64,000 bases of DNA from Amoebophrya sp. A120. Lineage: Eukaryota > Protista > Dinoflagellata. The notes beneath the pieces are model-generated. The model was not told where the DNA came from. It saw only the letters and a program-made list of their open reading frames with translations, and searched no databases. Both the position numbers and the translations under genes were made by a program. How positions within the stretch are numbered: the stretch's first letter is position 1; every line of letters starts with the position of its first letter. Shown here in pieces: positions 23,948 to 36,949 of the stretch. The stretch spans positions 2,461,151 to 2,525,150 of the forward strand of contig CAJINV010000007.1 in the NCBI GenBank assembly GCA_905178155.1. Direction: 5' to 3'.

Positions 23948-26900
23948 CTACAGAATCTCCGACAGCTTCCACTTCTTGTACCCGGGCCTCACCGCTCCGA
24001 CCTGTCTCTCCAAGCGTTTCCGGTATTTGTTCAAGAGGATCGACCCCCCGTCTTCCCGGATTGCGTCAAAACTGTTCGTCCGCGGCCAGTGGATGTCTTT
24101 CTCCACTTCGGATACCGTTTCCGGCTCCTGGTACGGCTTCCACTGCTCCCAAAGCCTTTTCATCTGCTGCTCCCCCTGCTCGAACCCGACCTTGTTCCAA
24201 AATGAAGTCCAGGAATCCGCTTCTTCCTTCTTTTCCGCAGCACCGTCCTCATCGGAGGTGGTTGATGATGATGTGCTTGTTCTTTTAGAGTGGTCTTTAA
24301 TACTATTTCCATCATTGTCCTCACTGCTACCTGCATCAATCTTCGGCTTTTTTGCTTTCCGGTCATCTATTCCCTCCATGACAAAAGTGTCGTCGTCCCC
24401 GGCCACGGTGTGACTCATTTTTTTCGCGATGTTCCCCAACTCATTTTCGTCGTCCTGGATGTGCGAGTCGCGCAGATATTTATCGTCCATCACCAACGCG
24501 TCCCTGCGCTGCGCCAAAATCGCGTCTTGCTCGAAACCCGGCTTGATGGGCGGCGGGTGCAGCTGAATCTCGCCCTTGGCCGTGGGCGTCATCACGTGGT
24601 CGGGCAACAGCCTTTGCAGCGCGTTTTTCTGCGTCGCCCGCCGCATCGCGATCTCGTACTTTTTTTCCTCAGATATCCGCTTCAGGGGGAGAGAAAACTC
24701 CGGCCCGCCGGTGATTTCATTTTCTAAGTGGGCCAATTGCTCCTCGACCTCCTCCTCGTCTGGCGGCTTTAAATTCCCGTACAACTCCTCCGACTTCTGC
24801 ATTTCTAGCAAAGCTTTGTTCTCCGCCTCCGCTTTCTCAGTCACGTCTCTCTCCAGTTCTTGGTCGTAAAACTCCTGCGACGCTTCGTCCCCCGCCTCCT
24901 TCGCACACTTCTCATACGCCGGCTCTTCTAACTTGTACCCCGCCTCGGGCGGCGGGTTCCCGCACTTCAAGTGCTTTCGCTCCGTCATCAGTTTCTCCCT
25001 TTTAAACTCCCTTTTCGCGCACTTGTTCCACTCATCTAGCACCGGATCGTGGGTGCCGGGAGAGTCCCCCGTTTCGCCCGCCGTTTCTCCCGTGGTCCCT
25101 TCCGCCGGTGTCGGCCGCGGACCGCATTCCTGCGTCACTGCGGGGAGGGACTCGTACCCTCCGTGGGAATTCATCTCTCCTGCGTCAGCAGCATCTGCTC
25201 CTGCTGCTGCGCCCCCTGCGTTCAAACTCGTCGGCGCTGGTTCTGCATCAGCCCCTCCTTCAGCAGGCTTCGGCTCCATCTTCCCCGGCCCCGGGCCCGG
25301 CGGGAAGCTCATCATGTTGTTGACCACTTGCATCGGGTGCCCGTACGGCTGCCAGCGGGAAGCGACCAAATGCGGCACGTCCCGTGGCAACATAGATTTC
25401 CCGCTCACCTCCCCGTTCGGGTTGATGTCGATTTTGTTGAACAGATCCGGGTCCAGCGTGACCCCGTTCGGGATCGGGTACCCGTCCTTGTACATTTGGT
25501 CTTTGGCTGTGGACATGATCACGTTCTGGTACTCGTTATCCACTCGGTCGATCCTCCCCGGATCCTGCAGCGGCTCTTCGATCGGCGGGGTTACGTCCTC
25601 GTTGTAGTCCCGGGACGGTTATCCACAGTAAATTTCCCGTACACGTACAAATGCGGTCTCTGCATCATCATCATCATCATCATCATCAAATGCGGTCTCT
25701 GCATGACAAAACTTGGCTTCGATCGTCCTAGTTTAGCATGACAAGTTTTACGCTCCAAATTGGCGAAATTTGTGATGCATCTTGTACATGTACGGGAAAT
25801 TTCAATTTGTATTGCATAACGGTTCGTACATGCCCATCAACCCCTTGACCACCCCCACCGTGTCGTTGATCGTTTTCTGCGCAATGTCCTTCACCATCTT
25901 CATTTTACTGTTATCAACTGTAAAAATGTCTGGGTCTGGAAACTTGTGATGCTGGTTGGCGTATCATGAGGCGGCCACAAGTGCTGGCTCAGCATGACAA
26001 GTTTCTGAGCTTCGAGGTGTTGCCTATTCTGCATGACAAACTGCGTTTCTGCATGACAAAAGCACGGGGCTCTTGGGTAACGTGCATGACAGACTTTGAA
26101 GTCATGCTGGCAGAGCATGACAGACCTTCCATTCTTCCAGACCCAGACATTTTTACAATCCATAACTGTTCACGGTTTTCCCCACTTGCTTTTTATCCAG
26201 CGGGATCCCCTCGCCCGCTTTCTTCTTCCACTCGTCGGCGTAGGTCGTGTACACTTCCTCGTCGAGCACTGGATTCGTCGGTTCAAACTGCCGCCCTCTC
26301 CTCATGGAGTAACGCCGGAAGAAGTCCGCCTGGGTTATCGGCGGATCCTTCTTCTATCACACGAAAAAGTGGTAACGTTAACGGAATTTGTGATGCTAAA
26401 ACAACCGCACCGACATTGCCATTGTCCATTATCACTGAGGAAGCAAGCCTCCGCAGGCGCTGGAGCGGCATAGGGTCAGAATGGAATTTGTGATGCAGGA
26501 ATGCATCAGAAAAGGTGCCAAAATTTGTATTGCGTAGCATGCATGGAAGGCAAAATTTGTAATGCATGACTGCCATCTGTGGAAACCGTTAACGTTAACA
26601 CTTTTTTGTTTGATATCTTCGCGGTGGACTTCAACATGTTGGCAATCCCGCCGAGCGCCCGCATGATCAAACCTCGCTTTTTCTGCTCCTGCTTCTTCAC
26701 CGTCGTCTCGGATTTCTCATCGCCGTTCTGCTCTAGAGTGGGCTCCGTGCCGCCTTTCACCTGCTTCAACGTGCCCGCCACGGCGCATTCGGGCGTTAAA
26801 GCCTGCCGCACGCCGGACTTGCAAGGGTCCCGGTACTTCCGAAAATCCCGCTCATACGACTGCACCTCGCCCTCCCGCGATTCCGGGTCGTGCTGTTCCG

Positions 26901-29060
26901 AGTTGACGCCGTTTTGGTCCCGCGTGACCCAGGGAATCGCCGGCTTCAAGTAGCTGGGCGAGACCTCGCCAACCGCTGGATGGGCGGTGTTGTCACGGTT
27001 CTTGAAAAAAATCCCAAAAGAGGTCGTTGGTTTCACGTGGCGATGGTTAATATCTCGATAGTGCTGCTGCTGCTGCTCCTCGAGATGATGGCTTACGTTA
27101 TAATTTCCTCGATGGGCGGAAGTGGAACAGGCACGGGCATGGAGGCAATTTTTATGGGAAAATGAGGAGGAAGACGACGTCGCCGGTCCTGTTCCGACAA
27201 CAACGCCAGCGTAGAAGCCCGTTGTGCACGGCCGCGCACTTGATGTCGATCCTTCAATCGTGGCGGTCAATCCATCTATTCCTGAAGACGTGTCGAGGAA
27301 AGTTGAAGTCGTGCTTCTTATCCGGTGTCTGTGACGCTGTGGGAGATTCCTGCTGGTGTCCCGAGAATAATCCGCCCGGTCTCTTACATATTCTTCGCCA
27401 GAAGAACTACTCCGATCAGGCGCACCTGTAGTTCGTTCTATCTCCAAAAACTCTGATTTTCCCAACTTACTGGGCTGCGTGTCCATTACCCACTTGGACG
27501 CGTACCAGCCTCGATGCCGGTTCAGATCCGACTCGCTGGTCGGCATGTCCGGCCACCACTTGCCCACACCGGTCATCGATGTCATGTTCACTAGCATCTG
27601 CAACTTCGGACCCCGGACGGAGCCGTTCTAATATCGATTTGTGGTTTAGCTTGAGACCACTTAGAGCAGGATACTGAAGTGCTATAATCATGTTATATAT
27701 TTCTTCTGTTTCTGATTCTCTTCCTTGCCTTTGGATGATAAGTGAGGGATGAAGATGACCAAAAAGAAAAAAAATCCTAGTATTATACCCGATCCGAACT
27801 CCCCATCGGGCGCAGCCACTCCCAAAACCGCTGCGCCGCTTCCCTCTGCAACCACCACGACGCCGGCGGGCTGGTGACGCCCAGTTTCGACTTCCCACTC
27901 CGCTCCGTGGTCCAGTACATGGGGGTTCCGGGGAAAGAAAAGTACGACAGTTTGTCCCCCGCGGTCACCGTTCCCGCGAATTTCCGGTCTTTGACCTCCG
28001 TGCCGTCCGGCTTCGCCATCAGCCCCGGTTCCGGGTACTTCTCCGCCAGTAAGCCGAGGTACTTTTGCTGGTTTTTCGCGAGCTTCTGGTACTTGACCGT
28101 TTCGGAGGAATTCAGGTTGGCGAGCTCCATATGGATTGCAAAAATGTCTGGGTCTGGAAAGTTGGAACTTGTGATGTTACCTTTGGACTCTAAAAAATTC
28201 TGTGTTGCATGACCAGCAAGAGGTGGAGTCCGGTTTGTGCTACGCGTGGAGGGCATTTGTCATGCGGAATAGGCATCAGGAAGGCCTCTGAAAATCTGTG
28301 ATGCTAGGGCTTCCATGACAGACATTCTGTGTCATGCAAAAACAGCATAACAAATTTCGGATTCTTCCAGACCCAGACATTTTTACATTTGATACTCCAT
28401 CGGGTTGGAAGCCACACGGGACGCGTCCTCCGCCACGTCTTTCAGCACTTCCAGCGACGGACGCTGCGGACCAAACAGCGTCCCGCCGGGCTCCAGCTCC
28501 GAGTTCAAATTCATCTTTACGGAGTTTTTGTTTGGAGTATGAATGGAAAACTGCAAAATGTTTCATACCTATATACCCCAAAAATGGGCCGCATATTTTC
28601 AAAATGGGCCGCATATTTTCGAAATTGGTCAACATAGGCACTTCTAGCACGCGGCAAACATCGGGGTTGCTTTTTTTGGCGTCCCCACTAGCACGGTCCG
28701 ACCGTGCTAGTGGGGACGCCAAAAAAAGCAGCCCAGCTGGTTGCCGCGTGCTTTTGGAACCTATGCGGGCCAGTTTCGAAATATGCGGCTCATTTTTTGG
28801 ATATATATTCACTTTTTCGCCCGCAGAGGTTCTAAAAGCGCGCGGCAACCAGCGGGGTTGCTTTTTTTGCGTCCCCGCTAACACGGTCCGACCGTGCTAG
28901 TGGGGACGCCAAAAAATGCAAAGAATGATCGCCATCGTGCTCGTAACCAGTGCCCGACCGTGCTAGCTAGTACTTTATAGGTATGAAACTTTTCTACATT
29001 TTCCATACCTAGTTTGGAGCCAAAGGTCGATGAAATACAATGTAGCGCAAGCTTCTTAAT
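23948..29060 (-). CDS. Large hypothetical protein interrupted by five introners and one GT-AG intron
   Basis: In-frame joins LAPN|KNSVK, SNPME|LANL, SSDR|NGSV (GT-AG), STAK|KDPP, KTVNS|KMKMV and MYEP|SRDY link ORFs 27783..28256, 26506..27603 and 23948..25543. No recognised domain; start not located. Confidence 0.7.
25620..25818. mobile_element. TIR introner family E, 199 bp, TSD ACGGT
   Basis: Inverted aaatttcccgtaca(c/t)gtacaa near both ends. acggt at 25615-25619 and 25819-25823. Internal (cat)n with duplicated aaatgcggtctctgcat. Confidence 0.88.
25912..26164. mobile_element. TIR introner family B, 253 bp, TSD ACTGT
   Basis: TIR core tgtaaaaatgtctgggtctggaa. actgt at 25907-25911 and 26165-26169. 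Frame restored on removal. Confidence 0.93.
26355..26615. mobile_element. TIR introner family C, 261 bp, TSD TCTTC
   Basis: TIR tatca.a..aaaaagtg(g/t)taacgttaacgg. tcttc at 26350-26354 and 26616-26620. Confidence 0.92.
28130..28394. mobile_element. TIR introner family B (reverse orientation), 265 bp, TSD CTCCA
   Basis: Same TIR core. ctcca at 28125-28129 and 28395-28399. Interior tttgtcatgcggaataggca is the reverse complement of tgcctattctgcatgacaaa in 25912-26164 (1 mismatch). Confidence 0.93.
28538..29011. mobile_element. TIR element, 474 bp, 8-bp TSD GTTTGGAG, with internal foldback
   Basis: TIR ta...atggaaaa...aaa.gtttcatacctata. gtttggag at 28530-28537 and 29012-29019. Long palindrome centred at 28699. 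Confidence 0.88.
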
Positions 29061-30235
29061 CTTAGTTCGTCGTCGATGAAATACAAATAACTACAGCCTC
29101 GTTACGACTTGACGTTGATCTGATGATCTATCAAATATGTAAGGTCTGCTCCTGTTTCTGTTATCTGCTTCAGTTTCTTTTATTTTTTCGTACCGACGGG
29201 CCGAATTGATGCGATCGACAAATCACATAATCTTTCATGCGGGAGTTTTTGGTTCTGATGCAGCGACACGACATCACTCGATTTCATCTCGCCTCAATCA
29301 TCTTCTCTGTCTCTCCAAGAAATCATGAATCCGGAAAACCAGAACGACGAGGACAAAAACGCTTCTATTGCTGTTCTATGTTTTGAAGTAAGGCGAACGC
29401 ATTGATTCCATAACGAGAAGCCAGTACTCCATCTGCTGATGTTGCAACAAATCTAGAGCCAATCCACTCCAATCCATTGGTGCTATGCCTATGTCGTCTT
29501 CGTTTTCTTTGCGTTCATTTCACATGTATTCTGCGTGTCGCATGCTGGTCGTAACCGTGGTTAGGACAATTCTTTGATGACCTTGGCTCGCGTTGCAACT
29601 ACAACGGGGCATCCTTATTAATATCCACCGCTCCTCGCCGTTTCCTTCTCAAAGCAAGATAATAGTGTTGATGCTATTCCCTAGATGTAAGTAGGCTTAG
29701 GCAGCGTTCTTTGATTTATGACAAATGCCTTTCTGACTGTGATTTTTCTCACTCTTTAGATACAATGTCGAACTTGAAAATTAATAGGCAAGGCCCTGCG
29801 TGGTTTCTACGAGGCAAAGGCAAAGAGCGCCAGGGTGTAGGGTCGCGCTTGCGTATGAAACGTCGGAAAATATCAACTGAGGCTAATTTTGCATTTACAA
29901 GCTAACTTTTGGTTCTTTCGTGGTGCTGTGTCAGTGACGACCACAAAAACTGTTTCAAGGATAAGCAGTCTGATAGTGATTTTTGCGTCTGAAGATTCTT
30001 AATCTTATAGACCGTCATAGTACTGTGATTCTCTAGGTGTCTGTGATTCTTAACTGAAGTTTTGTCTGATGTTGAGACTCTGCTGATGATGATTCTAAAC
30101 CGTTGTAACAATTGCTCGTCTCTCCTGAGAAGCCGAACGTAAAGAAAAGATTAAAAATTTTGTATCGCCTGCTGTCAAAGGTGGTCATCCATGACTAACC
30201 CGCCCCCGCCTTCTACCTCCTCGCCCCGGACCAGC

Positions 30236-32277
30236 TTAGTGCGGCTTTGAGGGATCATGGAAATGGAATTTCTCCACGCCCATCATTGGCATCAACGTAT
30301 CAAAGATACCGAACTGACCCGCAGTAAGCGTACCAATCATGACGCACCTGTTGTCGTCGTGATCGTGATTATACGGATCTTTCTCTTTGATGTGTATCGC
30401 TGTGCATAGCGTATAATGGCGAAAGGTTCTTGTTGTTCGTGGGTTTCGATTTGAATAAGAACTGCGCGGAGACTATTTTTCGCTCCTCTTTACGATGCGG
30501 GTGGATGTTGAGAGTGCAAGCATGAGATGAGGCAATAAAAGTAAATTCTTTACCTTGGCGCCAAGCCCGTCGTGAGCAGCTTCACCGGCCCGATCTCCGC
30601 CGCAATGCGACCGAGACGCGTAATCATACCACCCTCGCCGCCCGCACCCTTCTTGTTGATCTTGGACAAAAGGGTGTCTGTCAAATGTAAAAATGTCTGG
30701 GTCTGGAAGAATGCAAGTTGTGATGCTGTATTTAGATTCCAAAAAAAATCTGTATTGCATGAGTAGCAAACGGAATGCAATTTTTGCTACGCTGAGAAGG
30801 CATTTGTCATGCGGAATAGGCATCAAGAAGCCCTCAAAAAATCTGTATTGCTAGGGTGTGCATCACAGACATCATGGCTCACGCAAAACGTGCATGACAA
30901 GAGTCAGAATCTTCCAGACCCAGACATGTTTACAGTTGATAGTGTCTGCCGGATGACTAATGATCGCGGCGGCAACACCGGCAATGACACCAGATGCGAG
31001 GGAAACGCCGGTCTTTTGCGTCTGCGAAAGCGTGGCCGGCTGGCCGACCTGGAGAGTAATGTCAAAAAAAACGAGAATAATTTCATGCTACGATGCAGTT
31101 CGCGTTGGCTGCTTTGCACCTTTTTGCGGGGGCAGCTGCAGAAATTATACCAACCGCAAGAACTTGAATAATGCGCATCAATGCAGAAACTACACATGCA
31201 AAAAAATGAAATGTTGCAGCGAAAGGGAAAGGAACAAGGATCCACGCTCCTAAAGAACGATTGACATTACCGTCCCGTAGATCTGTTCCGCAGCCATTCC
31301 TTGCACCGCGAATTTTGCCATGGTGTAGGGCACCTGCTTGAACAAAATTGGAATGAAACCCGAGTACCACCCGGCGAAGCCCTCCATGGCGTAGAGTTTT
31401 CTTAGGGCCGCGATCGTGCCCTGGGCAAAGCTGGGGTCAGAGACCTGTCGGATCCGGGCGGCTTCGAGGGGACAAAGGAAAACGTCGGCGATGGTCTCGG
31501 CACAGGCGGAAGCCCCGAGGTAAATCTGGTTGCGGTACTGAAACCCTGGAATTGATAGAATTTTTTGTGAGCATGGCCATGACCGTGATGAACTACACAG
31601 TGCGATATTAAATGCTAATGCTAATCATAATCAATACGCGGGGCCAGAGGCACTGCTTGCAAAACTCGTAGAAGTATAATCCGGACATGACACCACATTC
31701 ATCACTATGAACAAGTCCAGCTCAAGTATAGCAAGTAAAAAGAGTCTGACGATGAGAATCTTGTTCAATTATACCTTTCTCGTCTCCTAAGCTCTTGGCC
31801 GCTTTGACCTTGAAGAGCTCAAAACCGCCGAACTTGAACCAGCCCTGGATGAAGTAGCCCATGGCCGTCGGGCCCAGCCCCGTGGCCAACGCGCCCACGC
31901 CCTCGTTGGCGACCACTTTCCGCATGCCGCCGATCAGCCCGGTGTTGTAGGTGACCGGGTCCAGCTGGATATCAAAAGAAAAAGTGTTAACGTTAACGGC
32001 TTTCACAGATTGCAGTCATGCATCACAAATGTAGCCCAATATGCATGCTATGCATTACAAATTTTGGCATGTTTTGTGATTGTGATGCACTGCTGCATTC
32101 CAAATTCCGTTAACGTTACCACTTTTGGGTGTGATACTGGATTCGTGTCTTGACCACATCCACGGGGCAGAGCGCGCCGTGTGTGGCGGAGCAGCAAATA
32201 CCCCCGCAAAGGGCGCCATTGAGAAAGTATTGGGTGTTGTAGGTGTCCCAGTTGTACAGAGACTTGCCGGGCGCCAT
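30236..32277 (-). CDS. SLC25A3: Mitochondrial phosphate carrier (SLC25A3/Mir1 family), 6 exons
   Basis: GGICCSATHGALCPVDVVKTRIQ|LDP, GLGPTAMGYFIQGWFKFGGFELFK, AETIADVFLCPLEAARIR, FKQVPYTMAKF, SHPADT|LLSKIN, RCVMIGTLTAGQFGIFD. Three GT-AG introns and two introners. Confidence 0.96.
30679..30941. mobile_element. TIR introner family B (reverse orientation), 263 bp, TSD GTGTC
   Basis: gtgtc at 30674-30678 and 30942-30946. Removing 268 bp restores the carrier motif HPADTLLSK. Confidence 0.95.
31970..32136. mobile_element. TIR introner family C (opposite orientation to 26355), 167 bp, TSD CTGGA
   Basis: ctgga at 31965-31969 and 32137-32141. Removing 172 bp restores KTRIQLDP. Confidence 0.95.
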
Positions 32278-33517
32278 TTTTGTTTTGTGTTTTTGGCTCT
32301 GGTTGGTGAGGAAAATGTAAAGGGGTCCTCGCGTGCTGTGGTTGTTTCCTCGCGTGCGGTGTCTGGGGCGGGTTTCTTTCTTAAACGACTATCAGGCGAG
32401 GAAGTAGGACGTGTTTATTGTTGATGTCAAGTCAATGGTTCCTTCATGATCTCCACAAGTGAGAAGGACATCATGAGGAGGCTGCATACGAAACTATAAC
32501 TAACTCGTCGCAGCCATTCTTAGACGAAGAAAAAAGACCGATGGACGTGCAACCGATAGGACTTCTGTCTTCCTTTTTGGTCGAAGAAACTTACATACTT
32601 GTGTCACAAAAAAGCAGAGTCACGCCCCCAGATGAAACACTTTTTAACTTTGTTCATCGTCCTCCTGCCCACTTACGTCATTGTCTGCAACTCATCTCAC
32701 AAGGACAGGCGCAAGCCGCGCCGTTCAACAAGTTTTTCAGTTTAACAGCACAAAACCACCTCCACCCAAAAAAAGAACAACTTTTCACGACCGACACCAA
32801 CTTCACAGGCTACTCGTCCTGCGCAGCGCTCTGGTAAAGCCCAAGCTGCTTGAATAGTGTCAGAATGTAGAGTCGTGGGATACTTGTTTGTTCTCGTGGC
32901 ATTGAAATCTCGATTCTGGGGGACTAGGCCTACAACTTTTCTTGGGGAGTCACAGATAAAATCCATAAGCTGGTCAAAACGAAATTGGCTCTCAATTCGT
33001 TTCGGCTTCGAAGTGAAGCTTGGCGCTCTGGAAAGGTAAAACTAAAGTTGCCAGGCTTGTGTTGCGAAAGTAGAAGGGTAAGGTAACGACTAGGGCTAGA
33101 TACAACGAGGCTGCTGTAACTGCTAAGAAAACAATACTGTAGATTTTTCTCCTGTGATCATTGTAGCAGCTCAGACATAGATGACTCCGTACTCGCACTC
33201 GCTCAGTGAGAAAATATCGACCCTGATGGTTCAAAAAAAGAAATCTGTCGTGCGCGTATGCCTATTGCGAAAAAAAAAAATGGTAGAGGACTGACATGAA
33301 AGAACAAAAAAACAAGTTGAAGCTTTTGCTCAGACTCAGGGATATGGACGAGTTTCTATGTCGAAAAAGAAGTACATAGTGTGTTTGTCTTTGTGTTCAA
33401 TAGCAGGAAACGAGAAAAATAAAAATCTATGTCCCAAATGGAAAGCTCAAGATAATAATTGTATCTTCTCAACAAGATATCATCTTCAGCTCCTGGGCTC
33501 ATGATCTGTTCGATCCA

Positions 33518-36500
33518 CTAGTGTCCCGCAGTCGGCGGCAGAAAGTTGAAATTTCGACTGGGCGTCACATACCCGCTCATGCCCATATTTCCGCCTCTTG
33601 GTGTGAAAGCATTTTCCACCGGCACCGGTCGTGGCGTGATTTGCCTCTGCAGACGCTCGCTATTCTGGTATTGGATGTCTCGCTCGATAGCCGCGTTTGT
33701 GTTGCGATCCCGGGCTTCGCGGCTGAAAATGCCGGCCTGCGCGTTTCGCATATCAGTCACGGACTGCTTGATGGCCTGTCGTGAGTATTTCCAAAAATGA
33801 GAAGCTGATCTTGAATCATCCGGCACACGAATGCGCGTAGTGATCCGCATTCGCATGCTCCTCTTCGATACTAGCTGTAGCTACATACATATTTATTACC
33901 TTAACCTTTACTCGTAGGAGTACGTGTACGAGTCACTCGTGCGCATAAGCGTCGTAGTGTCAGTGGTGCATCAGTAATGCTGGCATTGCTGATATTTTTT
34001 TCGTCAACATACTAGATGCAGATACACAGCATGCGCATCATGCTTTTTTGACTTACTACCGGTACCATGTAGGTGAACAAAAAGAAAAACCAATCATAAT
34101 CATTATTATACTCCATTTGCGGCTGAAATTTTGTAAGGGGTCCAGTTCGTCGCAATGCTCGTGGGCGTTTGAAAGGACCGCGGGACCACAGAGTCCAGGC
34201 TCTGACCGTACTCCAAACCCTTCGGCGGCTCGATAATCGGCGCTGTTTTCGTAAAGTTTTGTTTTTGCTTTACGCACCTTCGCACATCAAGTCGAAAATA
34301 ATGAGTCACATACCGGTATCTTGTTCATGTTCCGGTACATCATGATGTCATCATGAAACAACAGCACCATATAAAAGTTGTACAGCGACCACGCGAATAG
34401 CCTAGCGACCACGCGAATAGCCTGTAAGTACCTAGTCTGGGAGTGTCCGGCAAAGTCATCGATCCCTCTCGCTTGCGAAAACCGAGCGGCATGTCCCTCG
34501 GCGTGTTCACAACATCTCCCTCCCTGGCTGAGTTCAGGGCGGAGCGCGGCAGCGGCACGATGCCGTGCAGCTTCAGATCGAACTTTGGCGGCGCGCCCGG
34601 CGTGAACCGGCCCAGTTCCAGCGACTTGTGGGACTCCCGGTCGTGGTGCAACAAACCCGGCTCGTGGTGTTTGAAGATGAGAATGTCGTCCCGCGGCGTG
34701 TCGTGGCCCTGTTCGTGCAGTTTGACCGGAATCAACTCCGCCTGCGGCAAACACGGCCTGGCGCGCGCGGAAGGCAGCGGGTCATCGGACAAAAGCGGCA
34801 ACCGGGGGGACACCAGCGGCGAAATCGCCTCGTCGCCAAACAACGCGTGCTGCAGCTTCGGGGGCTGATTCAGATCGTTCGGCCGCGCCTGGATGTATTC
34901 TTTACTGTCCCGCTTCATCTCGCTCATGTCGAGTGTTCTTTGGCGGTCCGAGGGTTCCAAAAGTTTCGGGTTGGACCCGATGCGGTTCATCGTGATCGCC
35001 GAACTGGTTTCGTCCCCGCCAGACACACTGTTACTAGTATTAAAGGGCTCCTGCTCGTGCTGGCCCTCGCCCAGGTTGCTGTTCGTTTTCCCGACGGAAT
35101 TGGTTTCCTGGTCCAGCTGCTGCTGCTTCTCCTTCTCTTCCTGCTCCCGCTCCTTCTGCTGCTGCTGCATTTGTTCCTCCTCCTTCAGCATCTGGACGTG
35201 CGTGTTGACCGATTTCCGCCGGAACTCGTGGTAGTCGACCGAAGGCTCCCTTCGCGGCGTGGTCAGCGCCGTGCCGACAGACCCGAGCGTGTTGAACATC
35301 ACCAGCCCGGCGTTGGGCACCGGTCGTGGCGTCGGACTCGCGCCCCGTAGGGGGAACAGCAAATTGTTCGGGTCGCCGGGAGTCAAAGACCGCCCGCGGG
35401 CCGAGTTAATCGTTCCAGACCGCCCCCGCGGACTCGCCAAAGAAGATTCTTGCTCTGCGTTCTTGTTGAACATGTGGACGGAGGTTCTTTTCACCCGCGG
35501 GTCGAAATTTAAATTCGCTTTGACCGGTTGCGAGGGCAACCCGATCGCCATGCCCCGCTCGAAGTTGAAATTCCGCACCAAAATCGGCTGGTGGAGGGAG
35601 AACTTGTATCCAAGCCCGGAATTTCGAATCAGAGCGTGGTTGTCCCTCAACCGCTCCTCGTGCTTCTCCGCGGCTTCAATGTGGTGCAAGTGGTCGACCT
35701 CGTGCCGACGCGGGGAGTGAACCAGGTTCATCATGTTGGACTGGTGCATCAAACCGAACCGCTGGAACCCGACATTTGCGGTCTCCTCGACGTGGTTCAC
35801 CAGGTGGTCGTGCGGATCAGAAGAAGGAACATTATTCGCCGACGTGGTCCCATTGCCGACCAAATCGTTGTTGCTGCTGCTCGCCATCGTGTTGGTGCTC
35901 GGCGTGTTCGCGATCTTGTTCGTTTGCTCGTAGTTCTCAGAGAAATTCAGGTAATAATCCGACGGCGAGTGCTTCAACATCTGCTTGTTTGCATTTGTTT
36001 TCGGAACATTACGCGTCTGCACCGCTGGGGTCTTTCCCAGCGGGTTACTCGGGTGGTAGTCGCGGCGGTTCGCAAGCACTTCGTTCAAAATGTCGTCGTG
36101 ATTATCGTCTTCAGATTTTATGTTTTGTTTGCTGTTGCTCTCCATCTTCGTGTCCACTTCTTGAGGTTCTTGTTCCGCGGCGTTAGGGAAGTTCATGCGG
36201 CTGTCATTGTCTGAGTCTGTCATTAAAAAGGCGGACGGCGACTCCCGTTTCATCCCGTTCAGCTGTTTCTTTTCTTCTTCCTCCGCTTTTTCCGCCCTCG
36301 CCTGCTGAATCTCCGGGTGCCCGGGGGGTAACGGCGTGAGCCAGCCCGTGTGGCTGTTGAACTGGACACCGAACTGCTTGTTCCCCGACTCCATCATGGC
36401 CTTGATTTCCTTCTCGATATTCTGCACCGCTGACTCGTGGTTGTGGGGGGGAGTGAGAAAGCCCGCGGATCGGGGGGAGGAATCCGGGGTGAACCAGTGG

Positions 36501-36949
36501 GGAACGACCAGCTGGTGCTTCAGAGGTTGTTTCGAGTTGGAGAATAGACCACTGCTATTAGACGCTACACTCCGGGCGCTTTCGTCCCCTTGCCTGGTCG
36601 CGATTTTGTTCCTTGGACTGGAAGGGTTATTTGTAGTTCCAACAATTACGCGAGGCGTGTCAGTGACGGGCGTCCTCGCGGATAACGGAACTACGCCTTG
36701 CTGGTGGGGGCCACCACCTCGCGCCGACGGTAAACTCGGTTGCTCGATCTGCAAAGATAGAGCTCGGCGAGCTTGGTTGTACTGCGCGGCCTGGACTTGT
36801 TCCTGCTGAGCCTTCTGCAGAGTTTCCGAATCCAGTTTCAAATTCAACGATTTGGTCACGGAGAGGACGGCTTTAGTAGTCGGCTTAGTGGTGCTAGTCG
36901 TTTGCGGAACTTCTTCTTCCTCTTCTCTCAATGTGTCAAGTGTGGACAT
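33518..36949 (-). CDS. Hypothetical disordered protein rich in TPR/SPR/SAR tripeptides (probably 3 exons)
   Basis: 869-aa ORF with GC3 bias; plausible GT-AG joins to exons APIIEPPKGLEY...ANG and LVSKRSMRMR...PTAGH*. Confidence 0.6.

Noticed and set aside
25620-26615. Recurring GCATGACAAA-like units as a CRISPR array
   Set aside because: Only 10 bp, irregular spacing, both orientations, eukaryotic context, no cas genes.
28276-28900. Overlapping 202-aa and 188-aa ORFs sharing a peptide
   Set aside because: Artefact of the internal palindrome and TIRs.
34384-34423. 20-bp tandem duplication agcgaccacgcgaatagcct
   Set aside because: Two copies in a probable intron; ordinary slippage.
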